Shown here: one piece after another, positions 1 through 9,032 of the stretch | Layout: the number at the start of each line of letters is the position of its first letter | Numbering within the stretch: the first letter of the stretch is position 1 | Assembly: GCA_964590105.1 (NCBI GenBank) | Contig: CAZPYM010000001.1 | Span: 236,746-300,745, forward strand | Length of the DNA stretch: 64,000 bases | Source: an uncultured Gammaproteobacteria bacterium | GTDB lineage: Bacteria > Patescibacteriota > Patescibacteriia > UBA11705 > JABHMO01 | Direction of reading: 5' to 3' | The notes under the pieces: generated by a model | The model's input: the letters and a program-made list of their open reading frames with translations, nothing else | Told to the model about the DNA's origin: nothing | Database searches by the model: none | Position numbers and translations under genes: made by a program

Positions 1-1118
1 TTTATATTTTATTAAAGTTTGTTATCCCGCACATTGATAGAATTTTTGCGGAAAACAAAGAAATGCTATTTATTTTTTCAATCGGCAGTTGCTTTGCTAT
101 TGCTTCAATCTTTTATAAACTAAATTTTTCTTTGGAGTTGGGCGCGCTGGCAGCCGGTGTTATTTTGTCAGTTTCACCGTATCAGCGAGAGATTGCTCTA
201 CGCATGCAGTCATTGCGGGATTTCTTCCTGATAATTTTCTTTGTAGTTATGGGCGCTAATGTTCACGCCGGAGATATTCAAAATTCATGGCCTTTAATTA
301 TTGCTTTTTCCTTGTTTATTTTAATTGGTAATCCGATAATTTTGATTTTGGTAATGCGCTGGCTTAATTATACTTTAAAGACCAGTTTTCTGGCTGGACT
401 TACTGTTTCCCAAATCAGCGAATTTTCATTAATTATCATTGGCATGGGCGTGGGGCTCGGCCATCTGCCAAAAGAAATTTTAGCGCCGGCTACAGTTGTC
501 GGAATCATTACAATTACAGTTTCAACATATTATATTACTTATAACCATCAAATTTATAAAATTTTTCAGGCGCCTTTGAGCAAGATTTTTTCCGACAAAA
601 ATCGCAACAAAGAGATTATAGAAATGCCTGAGAAATATGATGTTATTTTATTTGGTTCGCATCGTTTAGGAGGAGGCCTTGTCAAGCAGATGATAAAAAT
701 GAAAATGAAATTCTTGGTGGTTGATCATGATCCTGAGGTTATTCGTGTATTAACAACAAAAAAAATTGCATGTTGGTATGGTTCTGCTGATGATCCATCC
801 TTGATTGACAGTTTACCCTTGGCTGATACCCATCTGGTTATTTCCACTATTCCCGAATTGGACGTCAATCTGACATTGCTCGCGCATGTGAAAAGGGGAC
901 ACAGAAAAATGAATGTTTTGTGTATTGCTAATCAAGTTTCTGACGCGAAAAAATTATACAAAGCCGGCGCTGCCTATGTGATTATGCCGCCATATCTTGG
1001 CCGTCGGTTTATGGTGGATCTGCTGAGGAAAAACAGGTTGAATCATGATAAGTATCGGGAAGAAAGGGAAAAACATATTACCGACTTGCCATATTTAGAC
1101 GATGCGGAATTTTTGTAA
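1..1118 (+). CDS. CPA2-family cation:proton antiporter with C-terminal TrkA-N/RCK domain (5'-truncated by window)
   Basis: Frame is open from the window edge. TM helices with LGALAAG, LRDFF and QISEFS motifs; C-terminal Rossmann GSHRLGG...VVDHDP. Confidence 0.85.
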   Translation, partial: YILLKFVIPHIDRIFAENKEMLFIFSIGSCFAIASIFYKLNFSLELGALAAGVILSVSPYQREIALRMQSLRDFFLIIFFVVMGANVHAGDIQNSWPLIIAFSLFILIGNPIILILVMRWLNYTLKTSFLAGLTVSQISEFSLIIIGMGVGLGHLPKEILAPATVVGIITITVSTYYITYNHQIYKIFQAPLSKIFSDKNRNKEIIEMPEKYDVILFGSHRLGGGLVKQMIKMKMKFLVVDHDPEVIRVLTTKKIACWYGSADDPSLIDSLPLADTHLVISTIPELDVNLTLLAHVKRGHRKMNVLCIANQVSDAKKLYKAGAAYVIMPPYLGRRFMVDLLRKNRLNHDKYREEREKHITDLPYLDDAEFL

Positions 1119-1126
1119 ATTGGCAT

Positions 1127-1155
1127 TTGACAAAATTTATGCTGTTTTCTATAAT
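1127..1155 (+). promoter_or_regulatory. Consensus sigma70 promoter of the His leader-tRNA-His-hisS unit
   Basis: TTGACA (1127-1132), 17-nt spacer, TATAAT (1150-1155). Confidence 0.85.
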
Positions 1156-1163
1156 CAATTTAT

Positions 1164-1211
1164 ATGATAATAATTCACGAAATCCATCATATTCACGAAT
1201 GTCCGCGCTAG
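1164..1211 (+). CDS. His-rich leader peptide MIIIHEIHHIHECPR (near-leaderless)
   Basis: ATG lies 9 nt after the -10 box. 4 His codons in 15 (codons 5, 8, 9, 11). The TAG abuts the antiterminator strand. Confidence 0.8.
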   Translation: MIIIHEIHHIHECPR

Positions 1212-1264
1212 CTGGTCATTGATTAAGTTAAAAATAAATCAAGCCAGCGCAAGCTGGCCTTTTT
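1211..1264 (+). promoter_or_regulatory. Transcription attenuator (antiterminator/terminator)
   Basis: Terminator GCCAGC-GCAA-GCTGGC + CTTTTT (1243-1264). Mutually exclusive pairing of GCTGGT-CA-TTGATT (1211-1224) with AATCAA-GCCAGC (1237-1248). Confidence 0.8.
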
Positions 1265-1339
1265 GCAGGATCATGAAAAGACAAATTTACAGAATTCCTA
1301 TCCTTGCCCCTTGTTCCTTATTCCTTGTCCCTAATTCAT

Positions 1340-1416
1340 GGTGGATGTAGCTCAGTTGGTAGAGCATTGGCTTGTGGCGCCAATGGCCGCGGGTTCAAGT
1401 CCCGTCATCCACCCCA
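1340..1416 (+). tRNA. tRNA-His(GUG) #1, canonical, with encoded G-1:C73 and CCA
   Basis: Cloverleaf: G-1 at 1340, acceptor GTGGATG/CATCCAC, anticodon loop TTGTGGC, TTCAAGT loop, C73, CCA. Confidence 0.97.
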
Positions 1417-1534
1417 TTCCTTTTTCTCTTTATTAAAAGATAAAAAGGAAAATTACAAATCACAAATTACAAACTCAAAGAAAACCTAAAGCCTAAAACT
1501 CAGAAAATCAACAAATTCAAAATAAATTTCAAAT

Positions 1535-2836
1535 ATGAAAAACGAAGCATTGCAAATGGCCAGAGGAGTACGCGATTTCGGGCCGGAAGAAAAAATTGCG
1601 CGCGATAAAATTGTTACTACATTAAAGCAAGTATTTGAATCTTTTGGCTACAACCCAATTGAAACTCCGGTTTTGGAACGATATGAATTATTCGCTTCCA
1701 AGTTTGGAATTGGCCAGGAGTCTGATGCTATGCGAGAAACTTTCAAATTAAAAGATCAGGGGAATCGAGATATTGTTTTGCGAACTGAATTTACAGTTCC
1801 GTTTTCAAGGTTTGTCGGCATGAATCCGCAATTCAAAAAACCATTCAAAAGATATCAGATAGGACAAGTTTTCCGCGACGGACCGATCAAGCTAGGCCGC
1901 TATCGTGAATTTTGGCAGTGTGATGTGGATGTGGTGGGGATTGGTAGTCCGCAGATTGACGCTGAAATCATTCAGTTGACTGTCGAAGCTTTTGCCAAAT
2001 TGGGAATGGAAATCGAATTTCGTTTGAATAACCGAAAAATATTAAACGAAATATTAAAATATGCCGGAATAACAGGAGAGCAGCAAATCTCAGCTATCAT
2101 TGCGATTGACAAACTTGATAAAATTGGAGTTGACGGCGTGAAAGAAGAATTAAAAGAAAAACAGATTGCCGGATCCGCAGTGGACACTATTTTAAAATTA
2201 ATTTCCATCGAAGGAAATAATCAGGGAAAAATTGTTCAGTTGCGAGATGTGTTGTCGGAAGTTGCCGGCTTGGATGAAGTCGAACAGGCCTTGGCTTTTG
2301 TTATTGACAATCAAAATGTGTTTTTCGTGCCTTCTCTGGCGCGCGGATTGGCATATTATACCGGAAATGTTTTTGAGGTTTATTTGAAGGATAGCTCGAA
2401 AATCAGTTCTTCTATTTGCGCCGGTGGCAGATATGACGATATGATCGGCGGATTTTTAGGAACTAATGAGGTTTATCCGGCAGTTGGGATCAGCTTTGGG
2501 CTCGAAACAATTTTTGATGCCATAAAATTAAATCAAAACAATGATGATGTTGTGAAATCAGTTACAGATGTATATTTGTTGGCGTTGGATGATAAATATG
2601 TTAAGAAAATCATGAACATTGCGAAACAACTGCGCCAAGCGGGAATTAAGGCGGATATGGATTATCTGGGACGCAAACTGAAAAAGAATTTAGAATATGC
2701 TGATAGTTATGGCGTCTCATGGGTGATAATGCTGGGAGAAAGTGAAGAAGTTGAGAATAAACTTATGCTGAGGAATATGAAAACCGGCGAACAGGAAAAA
2801 TTGTCAGTTGACCAAATTATTGAAAAATTGCGATAA
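1535..2836 (+). CDS. hisS: Histidine--tRNA ligase #1
   Basis: RGVRDF, motif 2 FRDGPIKLGRYREFWQCD, HisA RGLAYYTG, HisB GGRYD, C-terminal anticodon-binding domain. Confidence 0.95.
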   Translation: MKNEALQMARGVRDFGPEEKIARDKIVTTLKQVFESFGYNPIETPVLERYELFASKFGIGQESDAMRETFKLKDQGNRDIVLRTEFTVPFSRFVGMNPQFKKPFKRYQIGQVFRDGPIKLGRYREFWQCDVDVVGIGSPQIDAEIIQLTVEAFAKLGMEIEFRLNNRKILNEILKYAGITGEQQISAIIAIDKLDKIGVDGVKEELKEKQIAGSAVDTILKLISIEGNNQGKIVQLRDVLSEVAGLDEVEQALAFVIDNQNVFFVPSLARGLAYYTGNVFEVYLKDSSKISSSICAGGRYDDMIGGFLGTNEVYPAVGISFGLETIFDAIKLNQNNDDVVKSVTDVYLLALDDKYVKKIMNIAKQLRQAGIKADMDYLGRKLKKNLEYADSYGVSWVIMLGESEEVENKLMLRNMKTGEQEKLSVDQIIEKLR

Positions 2837-2846
2837 ATATTGTTAC

Positions 2847-2877
2847 AAAAAATTAGCCAAATTAAGGCTATTTTTTT
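2847..2877 (+). terminator. Probable intrinsic terminator after hisS #1
   Basis: TAGCC/GGCTA stem flanked by A6 and T7. Confidence 0.55.
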
Positions 2878-2926
2878 GTTGTTCTGAACCAATATTTAAT
2901 CTTGATAATTTTTTGGTAAATTAGTG

Positions 2927-2941
2927 TTGACATGTGGATAA
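2927..2941 (+). promoter_or_regulatory. -35 box directly abutting a perfect DnaA box upstream of hutH
   Basis: TTGACA (2927-2932) immediately followed by TGTGGATAA (2933-2941). Confidence 0.5.
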
Positions 2942-2994
2942 AAAAAAGGTAAGAATTAAATAATAAGTGCAAATAAATATTTAATACAAAGAAT

Positions 2995-4551
2995 ATGATT
3001 ACTTCTGAACAATTATTGGTATTGACAGGTGAAACGTTAAGCATCAATGATATTGTCGATGTTGCGCGTCATAAACGCATGAAGGTTATTATTAGTGAAG
3101 AAACAAAAAGTAAAATGCAAGCTTCCCGAGATTATGTGGCTAAAGTCGCAAATGAAAAAAGAGTTGTCTACGGCGTCACCACTGGTTTCGGAAAATTTAA
3201 AAATGTTGTTATTGCGCAGGATCAATTGTGTCAAATGCAAGAAAATTTAATTATGAGCCACGCTGTGGGCGTGGGTGAGCCGCTCAAAGAAGAAGAAGTC
3301 AGAGCGGCTGTTTTAGTCAGGGCAAATTCTTTGGTAAAGGGTTATTCTGGTGTGAGAATCGAATTGGTTGAAAAACTGCTTGAATTGGTCAATGCGGATA
3401 TTTACCCTTATGTTCCCTGCAAAGGATCAGTCGGCTCAAGCGGCGATTTGGCTCCATTGTCGCATATTATGTTGGTAATTCTTGGTATGGGTGAAGTGAT
3501 AGAAGGCGGCCAGAGAAAACCAAGCAATGAAGTATTGGCAAGGCTTGGGATTCAACCAATCAAGCTGGTGGCAAAGGAAGGCCTGGCGCTTATTAATGGT
3601 ACTTCAGTAATGACAGGTATCGCGGCCTTAGCAATTTTTGACGCAGAATTATTGACCCAAATGGCGGATATCTCCGGCGCAATGACACTTGAGGCTACTA
3701 TGGGTACGGTTGCTGCTTGTCATCATATGGTCCATTTAGCGAGACCTCATATTGGACAGCAAACTGTCGCTGAAAATATTCGTAGGCTATGCGCGGATAG
3801 CGCAATCGGTTATTCACATCGAAACTGTGATCGCGTGCAAGACGCTTATTCTCTTCGTTGTATGCCACAGGTGCATGGGGCTGTCAGGGATTCACTTCGA
3901 CATATTCGATCAGTAGTTGAAATAGAATTAAATTCCGCCACGGATAATCCTTTGATATTTCATGATTATGATTTAATTATTTCTTGTGGAAATTTTCACG
4001 GCGAACCAATTGCTTTTGTCATGGATTATCTTGGAATTGTTATTGCTGAGCTCGGAAATATTGCCGAGCGTCGGATTTGTCGGATGGTTGATCCGGCGAC
4101 CAGCGAAGGTTTGCCGGCGTTTCTTATTCCGCATGAACAGGCCGGCCTTAGCAGCGGTTACATGATTTCTCACTATACGGCGGCCGCAGTAGTTTCAGAA
4201 AATAAAATTTTGGCTCATCCTGCTAGCGTTGATTCGATTCCGACATCAGCAAACCAGGAAGATCATGTCAGTTTTGGAACAATTGCCGCCAGAAAAGCTA
4301 GACAAATTATTGAAAATGTATATGAAGTGATTGGAATTGAATTGATGAGCGCGGCGCAGGGGCTGGATTTTCATAAACCTTTGCTTCCCGGCCTTGGTTG
4401 TCAGGCGGCCTGGGAAATGATCCGTCAGTTTGTGCCATTTTCAGAAAAGGACAAAATTTTATATCAAGATATGCAGACTATCAGAAAAGAAATAATGCTT
4501 GACGGCAAAATTGTTCAGCATGTTGAGCAGAGGATCGGCAAATTGAGTTAA
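2995..4551 (+). CDS. hutH: Histidine ammonia-lyase (MIO enzyme, Ser-Ser-Gly variant)
   Basis: VYGVTTGFG, LIMSHAVG (SH = His-type specificity), GSVGSSGDLAPL, KEGLALINGT, QDAYSLRC, NFHG, NQEDHVS. Confidence 0.93.
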   Translation: MITSEQLLVLTGETLSINDIVDVARHKRMKVIISEETKSKMQASRDYVAKVANEKRVVYGVTTGFGKFKNVVIAQDQLCQMQENLIMSHAVGVGEPLKEEEVRAAVLVRANSLVKGYSGVRIELVEKLLELVNADIYPYVPCKGSVGSSGDLAPLSHIMLVILGMGEVIEGGQRKPSNEVLARLGIQPIKLVAKEGLALINGTSVMTGIAALAIFDAELLTQMADISGAMTLEATMGTVAACHHMVHLARPHIGQQTVAENIRRLCADSAIGYSHRNCDRVQDAYSLRCMPQVHGAVRDSLRHIRSVVEIELNSATDNPLIFHDYDLIISCGNFHGEPIAFVMDYLGIVIAELGNIAERRICRMVDPATSEGLPAFLIPHEQAGLSSGYMISHYTAAAVVSENKILAHPASVDSIPTSANQEDHVSFGTIAARKARQIIENVYEVIGIELMSAAQGLDFHKPLLPGLGCQAAWEMIRQFVPFSEKDKILYQDMQTIRKEIMLDGKIVQHVEQRIGKLS

Positions 4552-4563
4552 ATAAAGATAATT

Positions 4564-4593
4564 AAAAAAGACTCCGATGAAGGAGTCTTTTTT
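4564..4593. terminator. Bidirectional intrinsic terminator between convergent hutH and M20 gene
   Basis: AAAAAAGACTCC-GATGAA-GGAGTCTTTTTT. Confidence 0.8.
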
Positions 4594-4648
4594 GATGATA
4601 TAAAATGCGAGAACATGAGTTAATCCAAGGTCGTATATTCGGAGGAGT

Positions 4649-5824
4649 TTAAGGTGTTCCACAGTAGTGCTGAATTATTGCGGAATATATGTCCCGCGTA
4701 ACTTCAAGAGAGTCAATGTCGACCCACTCATTAGGTTTATGGGCGTTGTCACCCAATGGCCCCAAATTAACAACGGGAATGCCGAATTTTTCTTGCAAAA
4801 ATTGTCCGTCGCCAAAACCTTTGTCCGCGCCATCCGCGTATTGCGCATTTTTACCGCTAATAGTTGCTATTGCCTTTTCGACAACTTGAATCTTTTCCGG
4901 AGCTGTATAAAGTGCCCCGAAGTCGTGTGCTATCTTGGTTTCTAATCGACAACCAAACCTTGTTTGCGCTAGTGCTACCATTTTTGCAGCCAGGATTTTT
5001 CCATTTATATCCGGCGAATTGGTGCGTATGTCAATAACACATTCAGCGTAATCGGCAATCATATTGCCCTGTTGTCCTATTTTAATTTTCCCGCCAGAAT
5101 CCGTTCCCTTATTAATACCGCCATGTAATGAAGACAGATTAAGGGTTGTTAAGCCGAGAGTTTGATGTGGCGTTGCTTCTTCAAATTCTGTTCGAAGAAA
5201 ATCGATTGTTTGATATAGCGCATCAATTGCATTATTTCCTTCTTTCGGATTTTTGGCATGACCGGTTTTTCCGAACATTTGTAAATGTATTTCAACAATG
5301 CCGCGATGAGCATTCCATATCTCGAGATCGCTCGGTTCTGCAATCATTGCTAATTCTGGTATGCCATTTTCTTCTGGATACTCAGCTAGGAACTTTTTCA
5401 TTCCGGCAAAATCGTATTCTTCGTCGCAATAAAAAAGCACAAACAATCCTTCTGCCTTTTGCAGTAAGGAAATTGCGTCCATGATAGCGGCGCACCCACC
5501 TTTCATATCATAAGCGCCTAATCCGTAAAAACGAGTGCCCTCAATTCTTCCGGCTATAGGATCGCCTTGCCAGCCTTCTTGCCGAGGGACAGTGTCTAGA
5601 TGTCCGCCAAGAAAAAGTCGGGGTTTACCGGGAGTAGTTGCGATTACATTGAATCTACCACTGTTGCCGATTGGTTGCTTTTGCACTTTAAGAAATTTAA
5701 ACTTGACAAGGTATTGGTAAACAAACTCGGCTAGCTGTCGTTCATCAGCGTTTTCTCCCACAAAACTAGGTATGGCAACTAAATTTTGCAGAAGCATAAA
5801 TGTGGAATTTTGTTTGATTGACAT
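4649..5824 (-). CDS. M20 family metallo-deacylase (ArgE/DapE-like) #1
   Basis: GHLDTVP, GLGAYDMKGG, DEE, AEP, AHKPNEW; SD AAGGAGG upstream. Confidence 0.9.
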   Translation of the reverse strand: MSIKQNSTFMLLQNLVAIPSFVGENADERQLAEFVYQYLVKFKFLKVQKQPIGNSGRFNVIATTPGKPRLFLGGHLDTVPRQEGWQGDPIAGRIEGTRFYGLGAYDMKGGCAAIMDAISLLQKAEGLFVLFYCDEEYDFAGMKKFLAEYPEENGIPELAMIAEPSDLEIWNAHRGIVEIHLQMFGKTGHAKNPKEGNNAIDALYQTIDFLRTEFEEATPHQTLGLTTLNLSSLHGGINKGTDSGGKIKIGQQGNMIADYAECVIDIRTNSPDINGKILAAKMVALAQTRFGCRLETKIAHDFGALYTAPEKIQVVEKAIATISGKNAQYADGADKGFGDGQFLQEKFGIPVVNLGPLGDNAHKPNEWVDIDSLEVTRDIYSAIIQHYCGTP

Positions 5825-6029
5825 AGAGACCTCCTTATGTTAAAGACCTAATTTAATTTTACCTTTTTTAATTTAAATGTCAAATACAATGTTTATAGTT
5901 GTTGCTTGTTTGCTTGAGTGATTCATTAAATTTATGCACAACTTGATTTGACATTTTTAAAATTAGTCGTGTAAACTAAAGATGATTCTGTCGGGTACTT
6001 TTACAATTTAGTTTAAGGGAGGTGCGGAA

Positions 6030-7595
6030 ATGCAAAGATTGAAATATGCAAAATTGATACCAGGTGGCAATACTACAATCATTATTTTTGACCAAGTGCC
6101 ACGCAAGCATCAAGCACTGCTTGCGCGAACGATTATGGAACAGCATTCGGACTGTGAACAGGTAGGGTTTGTTGAACCTGCGAGTGGCAACTCTAAGGCA
6201 ATTTGTCGTTTGCAAATGATGGGTGGCGAGTTCTGTGGCAATGCCACACGATGCCTGACTTGGCTCGTCGCGGGCCATTATTTGCATCATGGCGATACCT
6301 GCAATGCCGAAATCAAGAATCAACTATTTGGTTCAGTTTGCAGATCTTCGGGTTCAACTACGGGCGACAATGAAGATACTAATAACCAGCAGGTTCTGGC
6401 AATGGAAGTCTCCGGTGCCGGGTATATTCTTGAAGCTAAATATTTGATTGATTCATCGGGTAAAGTGGATGATGTTATCGTCCCGATGCCGATCCGGTTC
6501 GTGCCGGCGGATTGTTTGAAACAATCTCAGTTGTTCTGGAATGAAAACGAAATGACTGTTACCATTGTTCATCTGGATGGAATTAGCCACGTAATTGTGG
6601 ATTCTAACAGATTTTCCGAAATCGGTGGTGATCCGGGGAATTTGTTGGAAACCAAACATATCTTGGCATCATTCGGCCTGGAGCAGTTAGAGGCGGCAGG
6701 TGTTATTTTCACGAGACAAGTTGGTGATTCTGTCGCCATAGTGCCGGTTGTTTATGTTCGTGAAACCGATACCTTGATTCTGGAAACCGCTTGTGGTTCA
6801 GGTACTGTAGCTTTGGCACAGAAAATTGCTTTTGAAAAAGGCGAAAGCGTTTTTGTAAAAATCATTCAGCCCAGCGGCGAAACCATCGCTGCACGTGTTG
6901 AAATGTTGAATGGAATGTTTGAATCCGCTTCTATCATGGGCAAGGTCAATATCTGTGAAGAAGGCGTAATTTCTATTCCTAATGAAGACAATCCTCTTGC
7001 GAAGGTTGAGCTTCAACAAATCAAGAGACCGGAAGAACTTGAGCCTTATGCCGACCAGGTAGGATCTTTGTATGCCCGAGTTTTTGCCGACGCACCATAC
7101 TATGAACGATTTACTCCTGAAGAGGGGTATGGCTATCTGCTGGAGATTGCAGCTGCTAACCATGGACTTTTGTTTCTGGCTTTTGATGGTGACGATGTGG
7201 TGGGTTTTGGCGGTGGTTTACCGCTGACATATGACTCGGACATTTGCAAGGTGGTAAATGGTTGCCTTAAACAGGAACGCGCTTTCTATATCGCTGAGCT
7301 CGGCGTGGATCATTGCTACCGCGGTTTGGGCTTGAGCCATGAGTTAATTAATTCCTGTCATAGGGCTATTGACCAAGAACAGTTCGATCAGGTGCTAGTG
7401 AGAACTTCAGTGGCGAATAACGCCACTCTGCACCTGTTTCGCGATCGGCGTGATTTTAGCGTTATTGCCAACGTGCGCCAGCAAGTGGTCAACCGCAAGT
7501 TCCTGCCAGGCGCCACGGAGCCGCAGGATGTTCCTGATGAGCGGCTGTTCCTTGTCCGTACAGTCAAGTCTGCCAAGCAGAACTTGGCAACTTAG
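6030..7595 (+). CDS. DapF-fold two-cysteine amino-acid racemase (CntK/histidine-racemase-like) fused to C-terminal GNAT acetyltransferase
   Basis: PGGNTT, CEQVGF, GGEFCGNAT and ETACGSGT match histidine-racemase CntK motifs as recalled. C-terminal YIAELGVDHCYRGLG is GNAT motif A. SD GGAGG. Confidence 0.8.
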   Translation: MQRLKYAKLIPGGNTTIIIFDQVPRKHQALLARTIMEQHSDCEQVGFVEPASGNSKAICRLQMMGGEFCGNATRCLTWLVAGHYLHHGDTCNAEIKNQLFGSVCRSSGSTTGDNEDTNNQQVLAMEVSGAGYILEAKYLIDSSGKVDDVIVPMPIRFVPADCLKQSQLFWNENEMTVTIVHLDGISHVIVDSNRFSEIGGDPGNLLETKHILASFGLEQLEAAGVIFTRQVGDSVAIVPVVYVRETDTLILETACGSGTVALAQKIAFEKGESVFVKIIQPSGETIAARVEMLNGMFESASIMGKVNICEEGVISIPNEDNPLAKVELQQIKRPEELEPYADQVGSLYARVFADAPYYERFTPEEGYGYLLEIAAANHGLLFLAFDGDDVVGFGGGLPLTYDSDICKVVNGCLKQERAFYIAELGVDHCYRGLGLSHELINSCHRAIDQEQFDQVLVRTSVANNATLHLFRDRRDFSVIANVRQQVVNRKFLPGATEPQDVPDERLFLVRTVKSAKQNLAT

Positions 7596-7608
7596 AAATT
7601 TGAAAGCT

Positions 7609-7639
7609 CACTCCAGTGATAACGCTGGAGTGTTTTTTT
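7609..7639 (+). terminator. Intrinsic terminator
   Basis: CACTCCAGTG-ATAA-CGCTGGAGTG + T7. Confidence 0.8.
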
Positions 7640-7805
7640 GTTTTATGTTAAGCTTATTAAGGATGAATTCATAGAAAATCACATAAATTTTCTTAAAAAA
7701 TATGTAAAAATTGGTTATGAAATAAGCATAATGTTTGCATAAGTTGTAAGAACTTTGTTTTATATTTAAATATTTAAATATTTAAATAATTTAAGACAAG
7801 TTTAT

Positions 7806-8906
7806 ATGAAAATAAAATCAATCAAAGCAATTCCCGTTTTCTTTAAATTGTTTAAACCCTTTATTTTTTCAGGAGTGAAATTAGAGATTTTGGATTATGT
7901 TTTGGTAAGAATAGAAACAAATGATGGTGCTGTCGGGTTTGGTGAGTGTCCGGTGTACTGGGAGCCAAGAGGCGAGACTCAGATATCCACTCTTGAGGAC
8001 ATTGAAAAGGTTAAGCCATATTTATTGGGGTTGCGAGCTGATGATGTCGAGGCACGATTGGAAATTTTTCAAAAATATATTCCGCGGGCCTATGCTGCTC
8101 AATGTGGTCTAGATTTGGCGATGTACGATGCTACTGGAAAAACTTTAAATTTGCCTGTTTATAAATTTTTTGGTGAAGCTAAACCAATACCGGTGGATGT
8201 GGTCATTCCTATGATGGGAAAAAATGAGGCAGAGCCGATTATAAATAAATCCCTGTCAGAACAGGTTAAAGTATTTAAAGTAAAAGTTGGTCAAGATATT
8301 GAAAATGAGGTTGAGTTGCTAAAAATGATCAGAGGAAAAATCGGATCAGAGTTATTAATTTATGTTGATGCCAACCAGGGCTTTAAGAGTGTTGACGATA
8401 CAGTGAGTTTTATAAAAAGGATAGTTGATCTAGATATTGCCTGGATAGAACAGCCATTGCCTGCATCGGCTCCACTCGAGGAATTTATACAATTAAAAAA
8501 ACAGTTGCCAATCAAAATAATGTTGGATGAGTCGGTTTATACTTTTGAAGATGTGGAATTGTTTGCCGGGAATGAAGCTTGTGATATGTTTAATATTAAA
8601 CTGGCTAAGAGCGGCGGGATTTCCGGGGCAATTAAATTTTTTGAAGTGGCGGAAAAATTTGGCAAAGAATGCATGTTGGGGTCAATGATAGAAGGGGCTT
8701 CGGGCACTTTCGGCGGCGCACATTTTGCCAGTACTCATCAAATGATAATAACCGCATTGACGGCTTATAGGTTTATTGATGATGAATTGGCTTTTGGTCC
8801 TAAAATTAAATCTAGTTTAATGGAAGTCCCTGAAAAACCCGGATTAGGGTGCGAAAAAGAAGAACTATTTCAAAAGAGGTTCGATGATTTTTCGGATATA
8901 ATATAA
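7806..8906 (+). CDS. Enolase-superfamily (MLE subgroup) epimerase/racemase, dipeptide epimerase or N-acylamino acid racemase-like
   Basis: GFGEC, KVK catalytic motif, metal ligands DAN/EQP/DES, NIKLAKSGG, PEKPGLG. Confidence 0.85.
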   Translation: MKIKSIKAIPVFFKLFKPFIFSGVKLEILDYVLVRIETNDGAVGFGECPVYWEPRGETQISTLEDIEKVKPYLLGLRADDVEARLEIFQKYIPRAYAAQCGLDLAMYDATGKTLNLPVYKFFGEAKPIPVDVVIPMMGKNEAEPIINKSLSEQVKVFKVKVGQDIENEVELLKMIRGKIGSELLIYVDANQGFKSVDDTVSFIKRIVDLDIAWIEQPLPASAPLEEFIQLKKQLPIKIMLDESVYTFEDVELFAGNEACDMFNIKLAKSGGISGAIKFFEVAEKFGKECMLGSMIEGASGTFGGAHFASTHQMIITALTAYRFIDDELAFGPKIKSSLMEVPEKPGLGCEKEELFQKRFDDFSDII

Positions 8907-9032
8907 TTGCAAAAACATGGCAATATGTGTTAATTATTATTTTTGAAATTCGACTTGACTTTCAAATTGTTTATTGTAAGATAAAGTCGAAAGATAAGTT
9001 ACTATTGTTGTTTACAACCAAAGGGGGACGCC

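Noticed and set aside
1304-1489. 61-aa ORF in the track
   Set aside because: It overlaps tRNA-His #1 and is a translation of tRNA sequence.
6030-7595. Staphylopine-type metallophore cluster
   Set aside because: No nicotianamine-synthase-like CntL, opine dehydrogenase CntM, exporter or ABC importer in the window.
7763-7794. TATTTAAA x3-4 tandem repeat upstream of the enolase-family gene
   Set aside because: Short AT-only repeat in an AT-rich spacer; cannot be distinguished from slippage and is not a CRISPR or iteron array.
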